This document shows positions 9,850-18,353 of a stretch of 57,879 bases of DNA, in pieces. The notes beneath the pieces are model-generated. The model made no database searches, was not told the DNA's origin, and saw only the letters and a program-made list of their open reading frames with translations. Position numbers and translations under genes: made by a program. The number at the start of each line of letters is the position of its first letter. Positions within the stretch are counted from its first letter, which is position 1. This DNA is from Aulosira sp. ZfuVER01 (GTDB lineage: Bacteria > Cyanobacteriota > Cyanobacteriia > Cyanobacteriales > Nostocaceae), in assembly GCA_034530615.2 (NCBI GenBank), contig JAVRCV020000060.1, positions 1-57,879 of the forward strand, in the 5' to 3' direction.

Positions 9850-10923
9850 TTAAAATAAAGGCACATTTAACCCTATATTCACTCCTACAGAAAAGTTGTC
9901 TAAGTCTACCAATGGGTCTGATGAAGAACCAAAAAGATAGGATGCTGAACCACTGATAAATAAATCTGGGTTAATGTTGTAAATTGCTTCTAAACCTATT
10001 TGGTTTTGAGTATCAAATCTCTCTTGTTGGGTGAAGTCTTTTAAACTTAAGCGGTAGTCTAATGCACCTTGCAGTTGGGGTGTAATGTCATAGCGCAAAC
10101 GCGCTCCTAAAGTGTTGGCTACACGATTTTGGTCGCTGGGTGTGGCAAAGCTAGCGCGTAGTTCGTAAAATGAATCGAGTCTCAGGCGATTATCTAATTG
10201 ATCCTGTCGCCCTACAGTTAAGCGAACTGAATCATCTAATAATAAGCGATCGCCACTACCATCTCTGTAAAGTCTCTCCTGAACCCATCCCAGTTGACCA
10301 TACATTCCCCTGGTAAGGCGTTGTTGTATCCCCACATTAAAGTTGAGGTAGTTGTAATTAAAGTCTCCTTGGTCGGCATATCTTACCAAACCACCACCCA
10401 CAGCAGCTATCAAGCGGGTATCTTCTGCTAGTTTAGGTGTTGCTAGTAAGGTAGCACCATTAATAAATACCGTATCACTTGGTTGAAATACTTCAAAACC
10501 TGTAATGTTAGAACTGGTAAAGGTTGAGGAACGTAGTAATAGTTGCACATCAGGCTGACGGCGCTGGGGTGGTTGTTGTGGCCGAGGAGGGATAATTTTA
10601 ATCTCGCCTAATTCTGCCTCAACATCCTGTGGATCGGTTGCTTGATTTGAGTCAGCAGGAGGGAAATCTGCGGGATTATTCGGGTCGCCAGGAACTACAG
10701 GTACTTGAACTAAAATTGTCTTTTCTGGGTTTTGCTGACTCTGCACAGAATCATTGGTAATTACTTCTGGTATTGGTTTTAGAGAATCTGCTTGTGTGGA
10801 AACGGGGAAATTCTCGCTTGGGGTAGGATTAGCAGCTGCACTATGATGAATGTCCCAAGTCAACAAGGTAGCTAACGAACAAAGTGCAATCGGAAAAGCA
10901 CGCATAAGTAATTCAATATTCAA
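9850..10923 (-). CDS. Outer-membrane beta-barrel protein
   Basis: Signal peptide, Pro/Gln-rich linker, amphipathic beta strands and a C-terminal Phe. Confidence 0.8.
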   Translation of the reverse strand: MNIELLMRAFPIALCSLATLLTWDIHHSAAANPTPSENFPVSTQADSLKPIPEVITNDSVQSQQNPEKTILVQVPVVPGDPNNPADFPPADSNQATDPQDVEAELGEIKIIPPRPQQPPQRRQPDVQLLLRSSTFTSSNITGFEVFQPSDTVFINGATLLATPKLAEDTRLIAAVGGGLVRYADQGDFNYNYLNFNVGIQQRLTRGMYGQLGWVQERLYRDGSGDRLLLDDSVRLTVGRQDQLDNRLRLDSFYELRASFATPSDQNRVANTLGARLRYDITPQLQGALDYRLSLKDFTQQERFDTQNQIGLEAIYNINPDLFISGSASYLFGSSSDPLVDLDNFSVGVNIGLNVPLF

Positions 10924-10991
10924 AATAATTAACAGTCATTCCAGCTTGATTTTACGTAGATGCGTAACGGCTTGCCTTTAGCATCGAAAAA

Positions 10992-12062
10992 TCAAGGTAC
11001 TTGTCCTCGTCCACCAGTTTGACCGCCAGTCTGACCACCAGTTTGACCGCCAGTCTGACCGCCAGTCTGACCGCCGGTTTGACCACCGGTTTGACCGCCA
11101 GTTTGACCACCAGTTTCTCTTCTAGGTGGAGTTACAACATTGCGATCGTCTTCAAATCTCCGCAGTGGGTCATCGTTAGTGGTGATACAGTTAGTGGAGA
11201 GTGTACTAGCTCCACTACGAGAATTGAGATTACACAAACCTTCAATCCAGACTTTTTGTGTATTTAATCCTGCTAAGGTTTCTTTTCTGACTTTATTGAG
11301 AACTACCTGCACATTGGCAGATTCTTGAGCTACTAATGCTTCTTGTCCTGGCCCTAAGCCAGCAGCTAGTTGGCTAGTTTGGTAAAACTTCTGTAAGTCA
11401 AAGTTTTGTACTGGACTGATTACCCCATTGTTAATTGTGACTGTTTGACCAGCTTGTAAAATTTGGGTTTGAGTACCGTTGAGATTGCTTACTGTAACTG
11501 GCAGATTGGTTAAATTAAAAACTTGGGTGATATTAGTTGCACCGTTATGAGTAACAGCTACAGCCCCACTTGTAGCAGTTGGAGGTAATATATCTGAACC
11601 TGGAGGCGGTGCTGCTGCAATTACGTCAATGCGGCTTTGAGGCGTTTCGATTGTCGTTCCTGTACTACCAGATGGAGTGAGGATTAAAGCAGTACCATTT
11701 CTCAGTTCAAAAATAGTTTCTGCTTTGTAAATACCACCCGGTAATTCAAAGCGACGTATTCCTGGCTTAAACCTAAAGGTTGCACTAGAACCAATTCTGG
11801 CTAAAGAACCTTCATTAAATAATAATTCGGCACGCGATCGCGATTTTGTCTGAAGTGCATCTAGAGGAACCAACACATCTGCCTTTTTAGCAGCGCGCGG
11901 TGGTTTATCTTTTAGCAGCAATTGCACTTGATTCAGCAACTTATAAACTTCTGCACGGGTAAGTAAATCTTGCTGCGCCAATGCAGGAGTTATCCAAGAT
12001 ACTGTAAGAACAATCCCTACAATTATTTTTTGAGCTAATGACCGCATCCGCCAATCCATCAC
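10992..12062 (-). CDS. Exported FecR-domain protein with C-terminal (TGGQ)8 tail
   Basis: Signal peptide. DALQTKSRSRAELLFNEGSLARIG is a FecR-like motif. Confidence 0.82.
   Translation of the reverse strand: MMDWRMRSLAQKIIVGIVLTVSWITPALAQQDLLTRAEVYKLLNQVQLLLKDKPPRAAKKADVLVPLDALQTKSRSRAELLFNEGSLARIGSSATFRFKPGIRRFELPGGIYKAETIFELRNGTALILTPSGSTGTTIETPQSRIDVIAAAPPPGSDILPPTATSGAVAVTHNGATNITQVFNLTNLPVTVSNLNGTQTQILQAGQTVTINNGVISPVQNFDLQKFYQTSQLAAGLGPGQEALVAQESANVQVVLNKVRKETLAGLNTQKVWIEGLCNLNSRSGASTLSTNCITTNDDPLRRFEDDRNVVTPPRRETGGQTGGQTGGQTGGQTGGQTGGQTGGQTGGQTGGRGQVP
11011..11115 (-). repeat. 12-bp coding tandem repeat encoding (TGGQ)8-TGG
   Basis: ccaccagtttga/ccgccagtctga units, which vary only at synonymous positions. 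Confidence 0.9.
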
Positions 12063-12308
12063 AACCTTAAATAAAAATGTTATCTATGATTAGAACATTT
12101 GTTCTGAGATTTTAGACTACAAACTGCGATCGCCTTTTTCCAGATAAGTGTTTGTTACGTTTGGTAAATCGAAGGTTTTGGGCAGATGGGGGGATACGGG
12201 AGATCAAGGAAATGACTTCTTTTGTTTAAGAAATTGTTGCAATTTGCGAGTGTAAATCTACTAACAAGTAAAGTTTGGTTTCAAGTATTACACATCACAA
12301 TTTAATGG

Positions 12309-12317
12309 TGCTATTTT
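12309..12317 (+). promoter_or_regulatory. Putative extended -10 (TGcTATTTT) for ncRNA copy 1
   Basis: TGn + TAnnnT lies 7 nt before the first hairpin and is conserved in position in copy 2. Confidence 0.5.
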
Positions 12318-12324
12318 AGTAATT

Positions 12325-12596
12325 GAAGCTACAAAGCTTCCCTGGCAGATACAACAGCCAAGTAGGTCAAAGTCCAAGTTAGTTAAGAGGTAAAAAACGC
12401 TGTTACATCATCTGTCTCGTCAACGAACAACAACACCCAACTCGAAAGCTAATATTTCCTCAATGTGGTAAAGAGGGGGTAATACACCTCAAACTTAATT
12501 ACATAGCGAGTATGTAATTAGTAGTTGTAGCCCCGTGTGTTAACAGGAAACAGAGGAAATCACTAAGCAAGTCGTAGCTTGGGTGTTGTTGTTTTT
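12325..12596 (+). ncRNA. Putative structured ncRNA (~270 nt), copy 1
   Basis: No ORF. 5' hairpin, a second stem domain, and a long rod closed by a perfect 15-bp stem (12426-12440/12579-12593) followed by a T-run. Duplicated at +533. Confidence 0.65.
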
Positions 12597-12609
12597 AGAA
12601 TTTTTTCTA

Positions 12610-12730
12610 CAGTCTTTTTCAAGTAAATAAACCACGCGGTAGGGAACATCCACAATCTTCTGGTACAGACAATAATCTTACTGGTGCGTGCCCTATGAGT
12701 ATCTGTGGTTGAATTACCTAAAAACTGCTG
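12610..12730. mobile_element. MITE inserted between the two ncRNA copies
   Basis: Imperfect TIRs cagtctttttcaagtaaataaaccac / gtggttgaattacctaaaaactgctg, flanked by TA on both sides. Internal gtaggg…ccctat REP-like cargo. Confidence 0.55.
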
Positions 12731-12841
12731 TAAAAACGTCAGAAATCACGACAGTATGTAAAGTAATTGTTGCAACTTCTGAGTGTAAATTTTCACTCTA
12801 GTAAAGTTTAGTTTCAAGTATTATCTATACACAAATAATGG

Positions 12842-12850
12842 TGCTATCTT
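12842..12850 (+). promoter_or_regulatory. Putative extended -10 (TGcTATCTT) for ncRNA copy 2
   Basis: Same spacing to the 5' hairpin as in copy 1. Confidence 0.5.
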
Positions 12851-12857
12851 AATAATT

Positions 12858-13128
12858 GAAGCTACAAAGCTTCCCTGGCAGATACAACAGCCAAGTAGGC
12901 AAAGTCCAAGTTAGTTAAGAGGTAAAAACGCTGTTACATCATCTGTCTCGTCAACTGACAACAACACCCAACTCGAAAGCTAATATTTCCTCAATGTGGT
13001 AAAGAGGGGGTAATGCAGCTGAAACTTAGTTACATTGCGAGTGTGTAATTTAGTCGGTGTAGCCCCGTGTGTTAACAGAAAACAGAGGAAATCACTAAGC
13101 AAGTCGTAGCTTGGGTGTTGTTGTGTTT
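12858..13128 (+). ncRNA. Putative structured ncRNA (~270 nt), copy 2
   Basis: About 15 differences from copy 1 by manual alignment. Closing stem is 12958-12971/13111-13124. Confidence 0.65.
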
Positions 13129-13491
13129 AGAGGATATTTGAAAATTTAAAAAGTTGCCGGCTGCGATTTTAGTTATTCTTGGGTACATCGCAGTTTTTAT
13201 AAATCCTCACAGCCTAGAAGCTTTGCGATCAAATAAACCTCGTCCATTTTGTAACCTGGAGTAGTGCGGGCATTTTGCCGCTACGAAGAGCAGGGAGCAA
13301 GATGCTCCCACTACTTTTAAAACTATGGATATCAAAATAGATGTAATTTAGATATTTTCAATCTCCCGCTTGGTTTTAGGGAGAAATAATTAAGACTAAT
13401 TGATTCTTAGGAGAAGTGCGATCGCTCTTTTCTCTTCTTTAACTGAAAGCATAGGGTTAGTTTTGAGTACACAACTATAAGGCTTTGGGAT

Positions 13492-13968
13492 ATGAAAGTA
13501 GCTGATTTACCCACATCGGTAATTGAAGAACTAATAACAAGCGAATATTGGCGAATTGATATCGACCCTGGTTTTGATGCGAAACATGAGTTCTTCATGC
13601 ACTGGAAATATTTACTACCAAACCCGCATACGGCGGATTACGAAGAAGAAGAACTGGCAGAGTTGATTAATTTTAATGGCTATGAGATACTGCTGCCGAT
13701 GGGACGGAACCATCACCCCCATTTAAATTTACTGCGGTTAAATGTTAATCAAGATGAGACTTCATTAACGTTATTTTTGTTTGATACGTATCACAGTAGT
13801 TGGTTTGAAGATATACATTCTGCCCGTTACGGTTTTCTTGCGGTTGCTGACCGCTATCAAAAATATGGGTGTGACTTTTTTATCGCCTCTTACTATCATT
13901 TTTCCTATTTAGTGGGGCAAGATTACGAAAATGCATGTTTAATTATGCAGCAGCGATTGGGTATTTAG
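13492..13968 (+). CDS. Hypothetical protein
   Basis: 158-aa ORF with ATG start and globular composition. No motif recognised. Confidence 0.8.
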   Translation: MKVADLPTSVIEELITSEYWRIDIDPGFDAKHEFFMHWKYLLPNPHTADYEEEELAELINFNGYEILLPMGRNHHPHLNLLRLNVNQDETSLTLFLFDTYHSSWFEDIHSARYGFLAVADRYQKYGCDFFIASYYHFSYLVGQDYENACLIMQQRLGI

Positions 13969-14224
13969 ATAAGTTGGCAATACTTGCGATCGCTTTCCAA
14001 TTGGCTTCAATAAATATTATGAATTGATTTGTGTGATATGTAACTAAATGCTGGGCAACTTTTCCGTACAATTCTTTACACCCAGTTAGTAAATGATGTA
14101 TTAAATTATGACCGGGCATCTACAAGACAATACTTAATTGTAGAGCCTGCTAGCCTGAGTTTTTGTGTCTAGCCCTAACAAAAAATACTTGAACCTAACT
14201 CTGAGATGATGTGGAGTTTTAACT

Positions 14225-15187
14225 ATGTCCAGTGATACCATTACTGAAGCTGAATTATTGAATGAAAAAACCGAAAAGCATCACAATTCCCAGCAAATTC
14301 TTAGCGTCGAAGAATTAAGCATTTTAAATGAGCGCTCTAATTTGAAAGGGTTGTTTCAACTAGCAGGACATTTAGCAATTATCGGATGTAGTGGCTATTT
14401 ATGGGGTACTAACTTTGGCAATTGGCTGATAGCAATTCCGGCATTAGTAATCTATGGCTTTAGTCTGGCTTGTATGTTTGCACCTATGCACGAAGCTGGA
14501 CACAGAACTGCTTTTGCCAACAATCGCTTGAATGATATTGTTGCTTGGTTTGCAGGTGTACTCTCCTTTTACAACAGCACTTTTTATCGTCGTTATCACA
14601 AATGGCATCACCGTTATACTCGCGTTCCCGGTAAAGATCCAGAACTAACGGATCTCACACCTCACAACCTGGGTGAGTACTTTTTGGTTCTTAGTGGTTT
14701 ACCTTGGTGGATAGACAAAATACAAGGACATTATCGCGCTGCACTCGGACACCTTGATAATTGTCCATTTATACCAGACACAGCAAGGGCTGAAATTATT
14801 CGTTCTACTAGATTACAATTAGCAGTCTATGCAGGTGCGATCGCGCTTTCAATTGCAGTAGGTAAACCTTGGTTTTTCATTTATTGGCTGCTACCGCTAA
14901 TTGTCGGACAACCGCTTTTGCGTTTTATTTTGTTAGGGGAACATACAGGTTGCACTCTTGACGCAAACTTGTTGACAAATACGCGCATCACCCTGACACT
15001 ATGGCCTGTGCGGTTTTTAATGTGGAATATGCCACTTCATGCAGTACATCATTTATACCCATCAATTCCATTTCATGCAGTGCCTCAAGCATATCCAATG
15101 TTGAGTTCCCATTTTACTTATGTTGATCCAGGTTATATCAAAGTCAACCGATATATTCTTGCTCGATTAGGAAAGTTGCCTTGTTAA
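14225..15187 (+). CDS. Membrane fatty-acid desaturase/hydroxylase family protein
   Basis: Three His boxes (HEAGH, HKWHH, HAVHH) and transmembrane segments. GGAG RBS. Confidence 0.9.
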   Translation: MSSDTITEAELLNEKTEKHHNSQQILSVEELSILNERSNLKGLFQLAGHLAIIGCSGYLWGTNFGNWLIAIPALVIYGFSLACMFAPMHEAGHRTAFANNRLNDIVAWFAGVLSFYNSTFYRRYHKWHHRYTRVPGKDPELTDLTPHNLGEYFLVLSGLPWWIDKIQGHYRAALGHLDNCPFIPDTARAEIIRSTRLQLAVYAGAIALSIAVGKPWFFIYWLLPLIVGQPLLRFILLGEHTGCTLDANLLTNTRITLTLWPVRFLMWNMPLHAVHHLYPSIPFHAVPQAYPMLSSHFTYVDPGYIKVNRYILARLGKLPC

Positions 15188-15284
15188 ACCTTTTTTTACA
15201 ACTTTTTTAGTAGTCCTCAAGCAAGATGCACTTTCTGGATGTTGCCGCAAACTTAGAAATAAGTAAGCGTAAATTATCACAGCC

Positions 15285-15461
15285 ATGACTACTGAAAAAA
15301 CAAACAATTCCCAAAATATTGCGTTCGCGAATTCTAAGCAAACTGAAAGCAAAAAAGAACTCAATCAAAAGACTTCTGTTGAGTTTTCCACTAGCGTTGT
15401 CTTAGGAGTTTTAATAATTGTACTTTTGGCTGCAACTGCTTATTACGGACTAGTTCGCTAA
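15285..15461 (+). CDS. Small (58 aa) single-pass membrane protein not in the ORF track
   Basis: MTTEKTNNSQ…STSVVLGVLIIVLLAATAYYGLVR*. Polar N-terminus and a C-terminal TM helix. Confidence 0.65.
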   Translation: MTTEKTNNSQNIAFANSKQTESKKELNQKTSVEFSTSVVLGVLIIVLLAATAYYGLVR

Positions 15462-15947
15462 TTTGCTGGTAGCAATAACATGGCAGAGGCAGAATTTTCT
15501 CCAAAATATCCCTCTGCCGCCAAGGGTAGAGTTGTCTTCAGCAGTAAAATTTAGATCTCGCGATCGCAGTAAGTCAAGAGAGATTGTAGAGACAGTTATT
15601 TTACCGATACCACTCCCCTAGTAACAGGATTACCAATTGCGATCGCTCTTTCCCCGGATTTTAACCAGTGGAAATTACCAAGGCGATCAAATCTTCTTGC
15701 CTGTTCCCTACTTTCTTGAGAAAAATCGTTCTCATCAACAACGATGCATCGCCCAACACCCAAAATTCTTACTTTAGATAGGGGTCTTTTAGCTAAGGTT
15801 TAAGCCAGCGTGGAATAAGGAAAATTGTTGCTCTAGCTGCTAGCTTAAATTTGTGATTTAAAGAACAGCAGCAGTTCTCATTGCAGCAAACAAAGTGAGT
15901 GGTTTTAGGGATGAATAATCCTGTTGGTTTCCCAAAATCTCTAAAAA

Positions 15948-16424
15948 ATGGGGAGTAAAACTATGGGAACACGCTATTTTGCCCTTATTAGCGGCATTGT
16001 GTTTCTATTAATTGGCCTTTTTGGCTTTATACCGGGTATGGTGGCAACTCCTGGTGCGGCTGGGCCGGCAATTGCTGTTAAGGTTGGATATGGCTATCTG
16101 CTAAAAGCATTTGCGGTCAATATTTTACATAATATTGTGCATTTAGCTGTTGGTATTTGGGGAATAGTTGCCTACCGTACCTATATCAGAGCGAGAAATT
16201 ACGGACGCGGTTTGGCTATCTTTTATGGGGTGTTGGCAATTATGGGATTGTTGCCAGTTCTCAATACCGTATTTGGTCTAATTCCAATATTTGGTAACGA
16301 TGTGTGGCTACATGCAATCACAGCATTGATTGCTGCCTATTTTGGATTCAAAACACCCAGTCCAGCAGATCTGCGAGAACACGAACGCGAATTAGTAACT
16401 GGTCGCTATCGCGATCGCTTATAA
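15948..16424 (+). CDS. DUF4383-type membrane protein
   Basis: Four TM helices, with motifs NILHNIVHL and NDVWLH. Confidence 0.85.
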   Translation: MGSKTMGTRYFALISGIVFLLIGLFGFIPGMVATPGAAGPAIAVKVGYGYLLKAFAVNILHNIVHLAVGIWGIVAYRTYIRARNYGRGLAIFYGVLAIMGLLPVLNTVFGLIPIFGNDVWLHAITALIAAYFGFKTPSPADLREHERELVTGRYRDRL

Positions 16425-16446
16425 AACTTGACGGCTAAACGAACTC

Positions 16447-16470
16447 AGCCTGCTTTTGCAGGCTTTTTTT
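16447..16470 (+). terminator. Rho-independent terminator
   Basis: AGCCTGC-tttt-GCAGGCT followed by a T-run. Confidence 0.8.
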
Positions 16471-16647
16471 TGCATAATCTCTAAAATTAAGAGCTTAGGC
16501 AAACTTTTAATTTTTTATGTGAAAATTTTTACTAAGAATTTAAACTTTTTTTAGCTAATTCATAATTTAGGTCAGCAATTATGCACATGATGCTTTATAC
16601 TTAAAAACTTTCCAAATTCCCGCATTGGTGCTCAAGAAGGAAAAATC

Positions 16648-17361
16648 ATGCCAGACAATAAAAAAGGCGGGGGGAAAACTTCCCGACGCGGTTTTTTGGG
16701 GCAAGCATTGACCGCAGCCGGTACAGCCATAGCCGCTCCCACCTTGTTGAATCAAGCCAGCATAGGTAAGGAAGCTAGCCAAAATTCTCCAGGAGAGATA
16801 ACCATGAAACTTACGGTAAATGGTGAGCAGCAAACTCTTAATATTGAGCCGCGTGTCACCCTTCTGGATGCACTGCGCGAAAATTTAGGATTAGTGGGCA
16901 GTAAGAAGGGCTGCGATCATGGACAGTGTGGAGCCTGTACTGTATTAATTGACGGTGAGCGAGTTTATTCCTGCCTAGCTTTGGCAGTGATGCAGGAAGA
17001 TAAGAAAATTGTCACGATAGAAGGCTTGGCGAAAAGCGATACTCTGCATCCAGTGCAAGCCGCATTTATCGAACACGATGGTTTTCAGTGCGGTTATTGT
17101 ACGCCAGGACAAATTTGTGCCTCTGTGGCTTTACTTGATGAAGTTAAACGGGGTTGCGCTAGCGTTGTCACCGCAGATTTAACTCGTCCGCCACAGTTAG
17201 CTGATATCTCGGAAAAGGAAATTAAAGAGCGATTAAGTGGCAATCTCTGCCGATGCAGTGCCTACAACGGCATTGTCGCAGCAGTGCAACAAGCAGCGGG
17301 ACAAACACCACCCTCTCCTGTTGCAGATGTCATGGTGAGTGAAGCAGAGGAAATGGCATGA
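16648..17361 (+). CDS. paoA: 2x[2Fe-2S] subunit of a xanthine-dehydrogenase-family aldehyde oxidoreductase, with Tat signal (PaoA/YagT-like)
   Basis: Twin-arginine motif SRRGFL, plus GCDHGQCGAC, QCGYCTPG and NLCRC. Confidence 0.88.
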   Translation: MPDNKKGGGKTSRRGFLGQALTAAGTAIAAPTLLNQASIGKEASQNSPGEITMKLTVNGEQQTLNIEPRVTLLDALRENLGLVGSKKGCDHGQCGACTVLIDGERVYSCLALAVMQEDKKIVTIEGLAKSDTLHPVQAAFIEHDGFQCGYCTPGQICASVALLDEVKRGCASVVTADLTRPPQLADISEKEIKERLSGNLCRCSAYNGIVAAVQQAAGQTPPSPVADVMVSEAEEMA

Positions 17362-18353
17362 AGAACTTTACCTACAGCCGCGCTAGTTCAGTAAAAGATG
17401 CGGTGCAACGAGCTAGTAGCGATCGCAATGCTATGTTTATTGCTGGGGGGACAAATCTAGTCGATCGCCTCAAGGTTTTTTTAGATGAGCCATCCCAACT
17501 CATCGATATTTCTCGACTGGAGATGAAGCGAATTGAAAAACTAGCTAATGGCGGTTTGCGTTTAGGAGCATTAGTGACAAATACAGCTGTCGCAGATAAC
17601 GCTGATATTCGTCGCGACTACCCAATCCTCGCCCGTGCCATTCTTTCGGGAGCATCGCAGCAAATTCGCAACGTTGCCACAGTTGGTGGTAATTTACTGC
17701 AACGTACTCGTTGCCCTTATTTTTACGATACTGCTTTCCCTTGCAACAAACGCGAACCAGGGCAAGGTTGTCCCGCCCTCAGTGGTATCAGTCGGATGCA
17801 CGCTATCCTGGGTGCTAGCGACCAGTGCGTAGCCGTGAATCCTTCTGATATGAATGTTGCCTTAGCGGCTTTAGATGCGGTTGTGGAAGTTGTCGGTGCT
17901 AAAGGAAAGCGGCAAATACCCTTTACAGAGTTTCACCGTCTCCCAGGAAATACACCCCAGCAAGATACCAATCTAGAGGCGGGAGAATTGATTACTGCTG
18001 TGATTTTGCCACCAGTAACATTTGCGAAATCGGGAGTTTATTTAAAATTACGCGATCGCACTTCTTATGCTTTTGCTTTAATTTCGGTAGCAGCCGCTAT
18101 TGACTTAAAAGGTGACAACATTCAAGATGTCCGTTTAGCGCTGGGTGGTGTAGCCCACAAACCTTGGCGAACAATAGAAGCCGAAAAGTTTTTAATTGGC
18201 AAGACTGCTGAAACTGCAACATTTCAACAAGCAGCAGAAATTGCCCTCAAGGGAGCCACACCCTTATCTCACAACGCTTACAAAGTGGAATTAGCAAAGC
18301 GAGCAATTCGCCGCGCACTCACTGTTTCTGCCAAAGGAGGCGGCGTAGCATGA
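17358..18353 (+). CDS. paoB: FAD-binding subunit (PaoB/YagS-like)
   Basis: AGGTNL, ATVGGN and RCPYF…CNKREPGQGC. ATGA overlap with the upstream gene. Confidence 0.88.
   Translation: MKNFTYSRASSVKDAVQRASSDRNAMFIAGGTNLVDRLKVFLDEPSQLIDISRLEMKRIEKLANGGLRLGALVTNTAVADNADIRRDYPILARAILSGASQQIRNVATVGGNLLQRTRCPYFYDTAFPCNKREPGQGCPALSGISRMHAILGASDQCVAVNPSDMNVALAALDAVVEVVGAKGKRQIPFTEFHRLPGNTPQQDTNLEAGELITAVILPPVTFAKSGVYLKLRDRTSYAFALISVAAAIDLKGDNIQDVRLALGGVAHKPWRTIEAEKFLIGKTAETATFQQAAEIALKGATPLSHNAYKVELAKRAIRRALTVSAKGGGVA

Noticed and set aside
12325..13128. Tandem elements as a retron msr-msd, DGR TR/VR pair, twister ribozyme or c-di-GMP riboswitch
   Set aside because: There is no reverse transcriptase in the window. 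Neither copy lies in a CDS, and the differences include indels and non-adenine changes. The TAATGCAGC and GGCAAA resemblances are short and absent from copy 1. Left unassigned.
12325..13128. Tandem elements as MITEs
   Set aside because: The inverted repeat is internal, and homology extends ~190 bp beyond it on one side, including a promoter-like box. No target duplication was seen. Not fully excluded without a genome-wide count.
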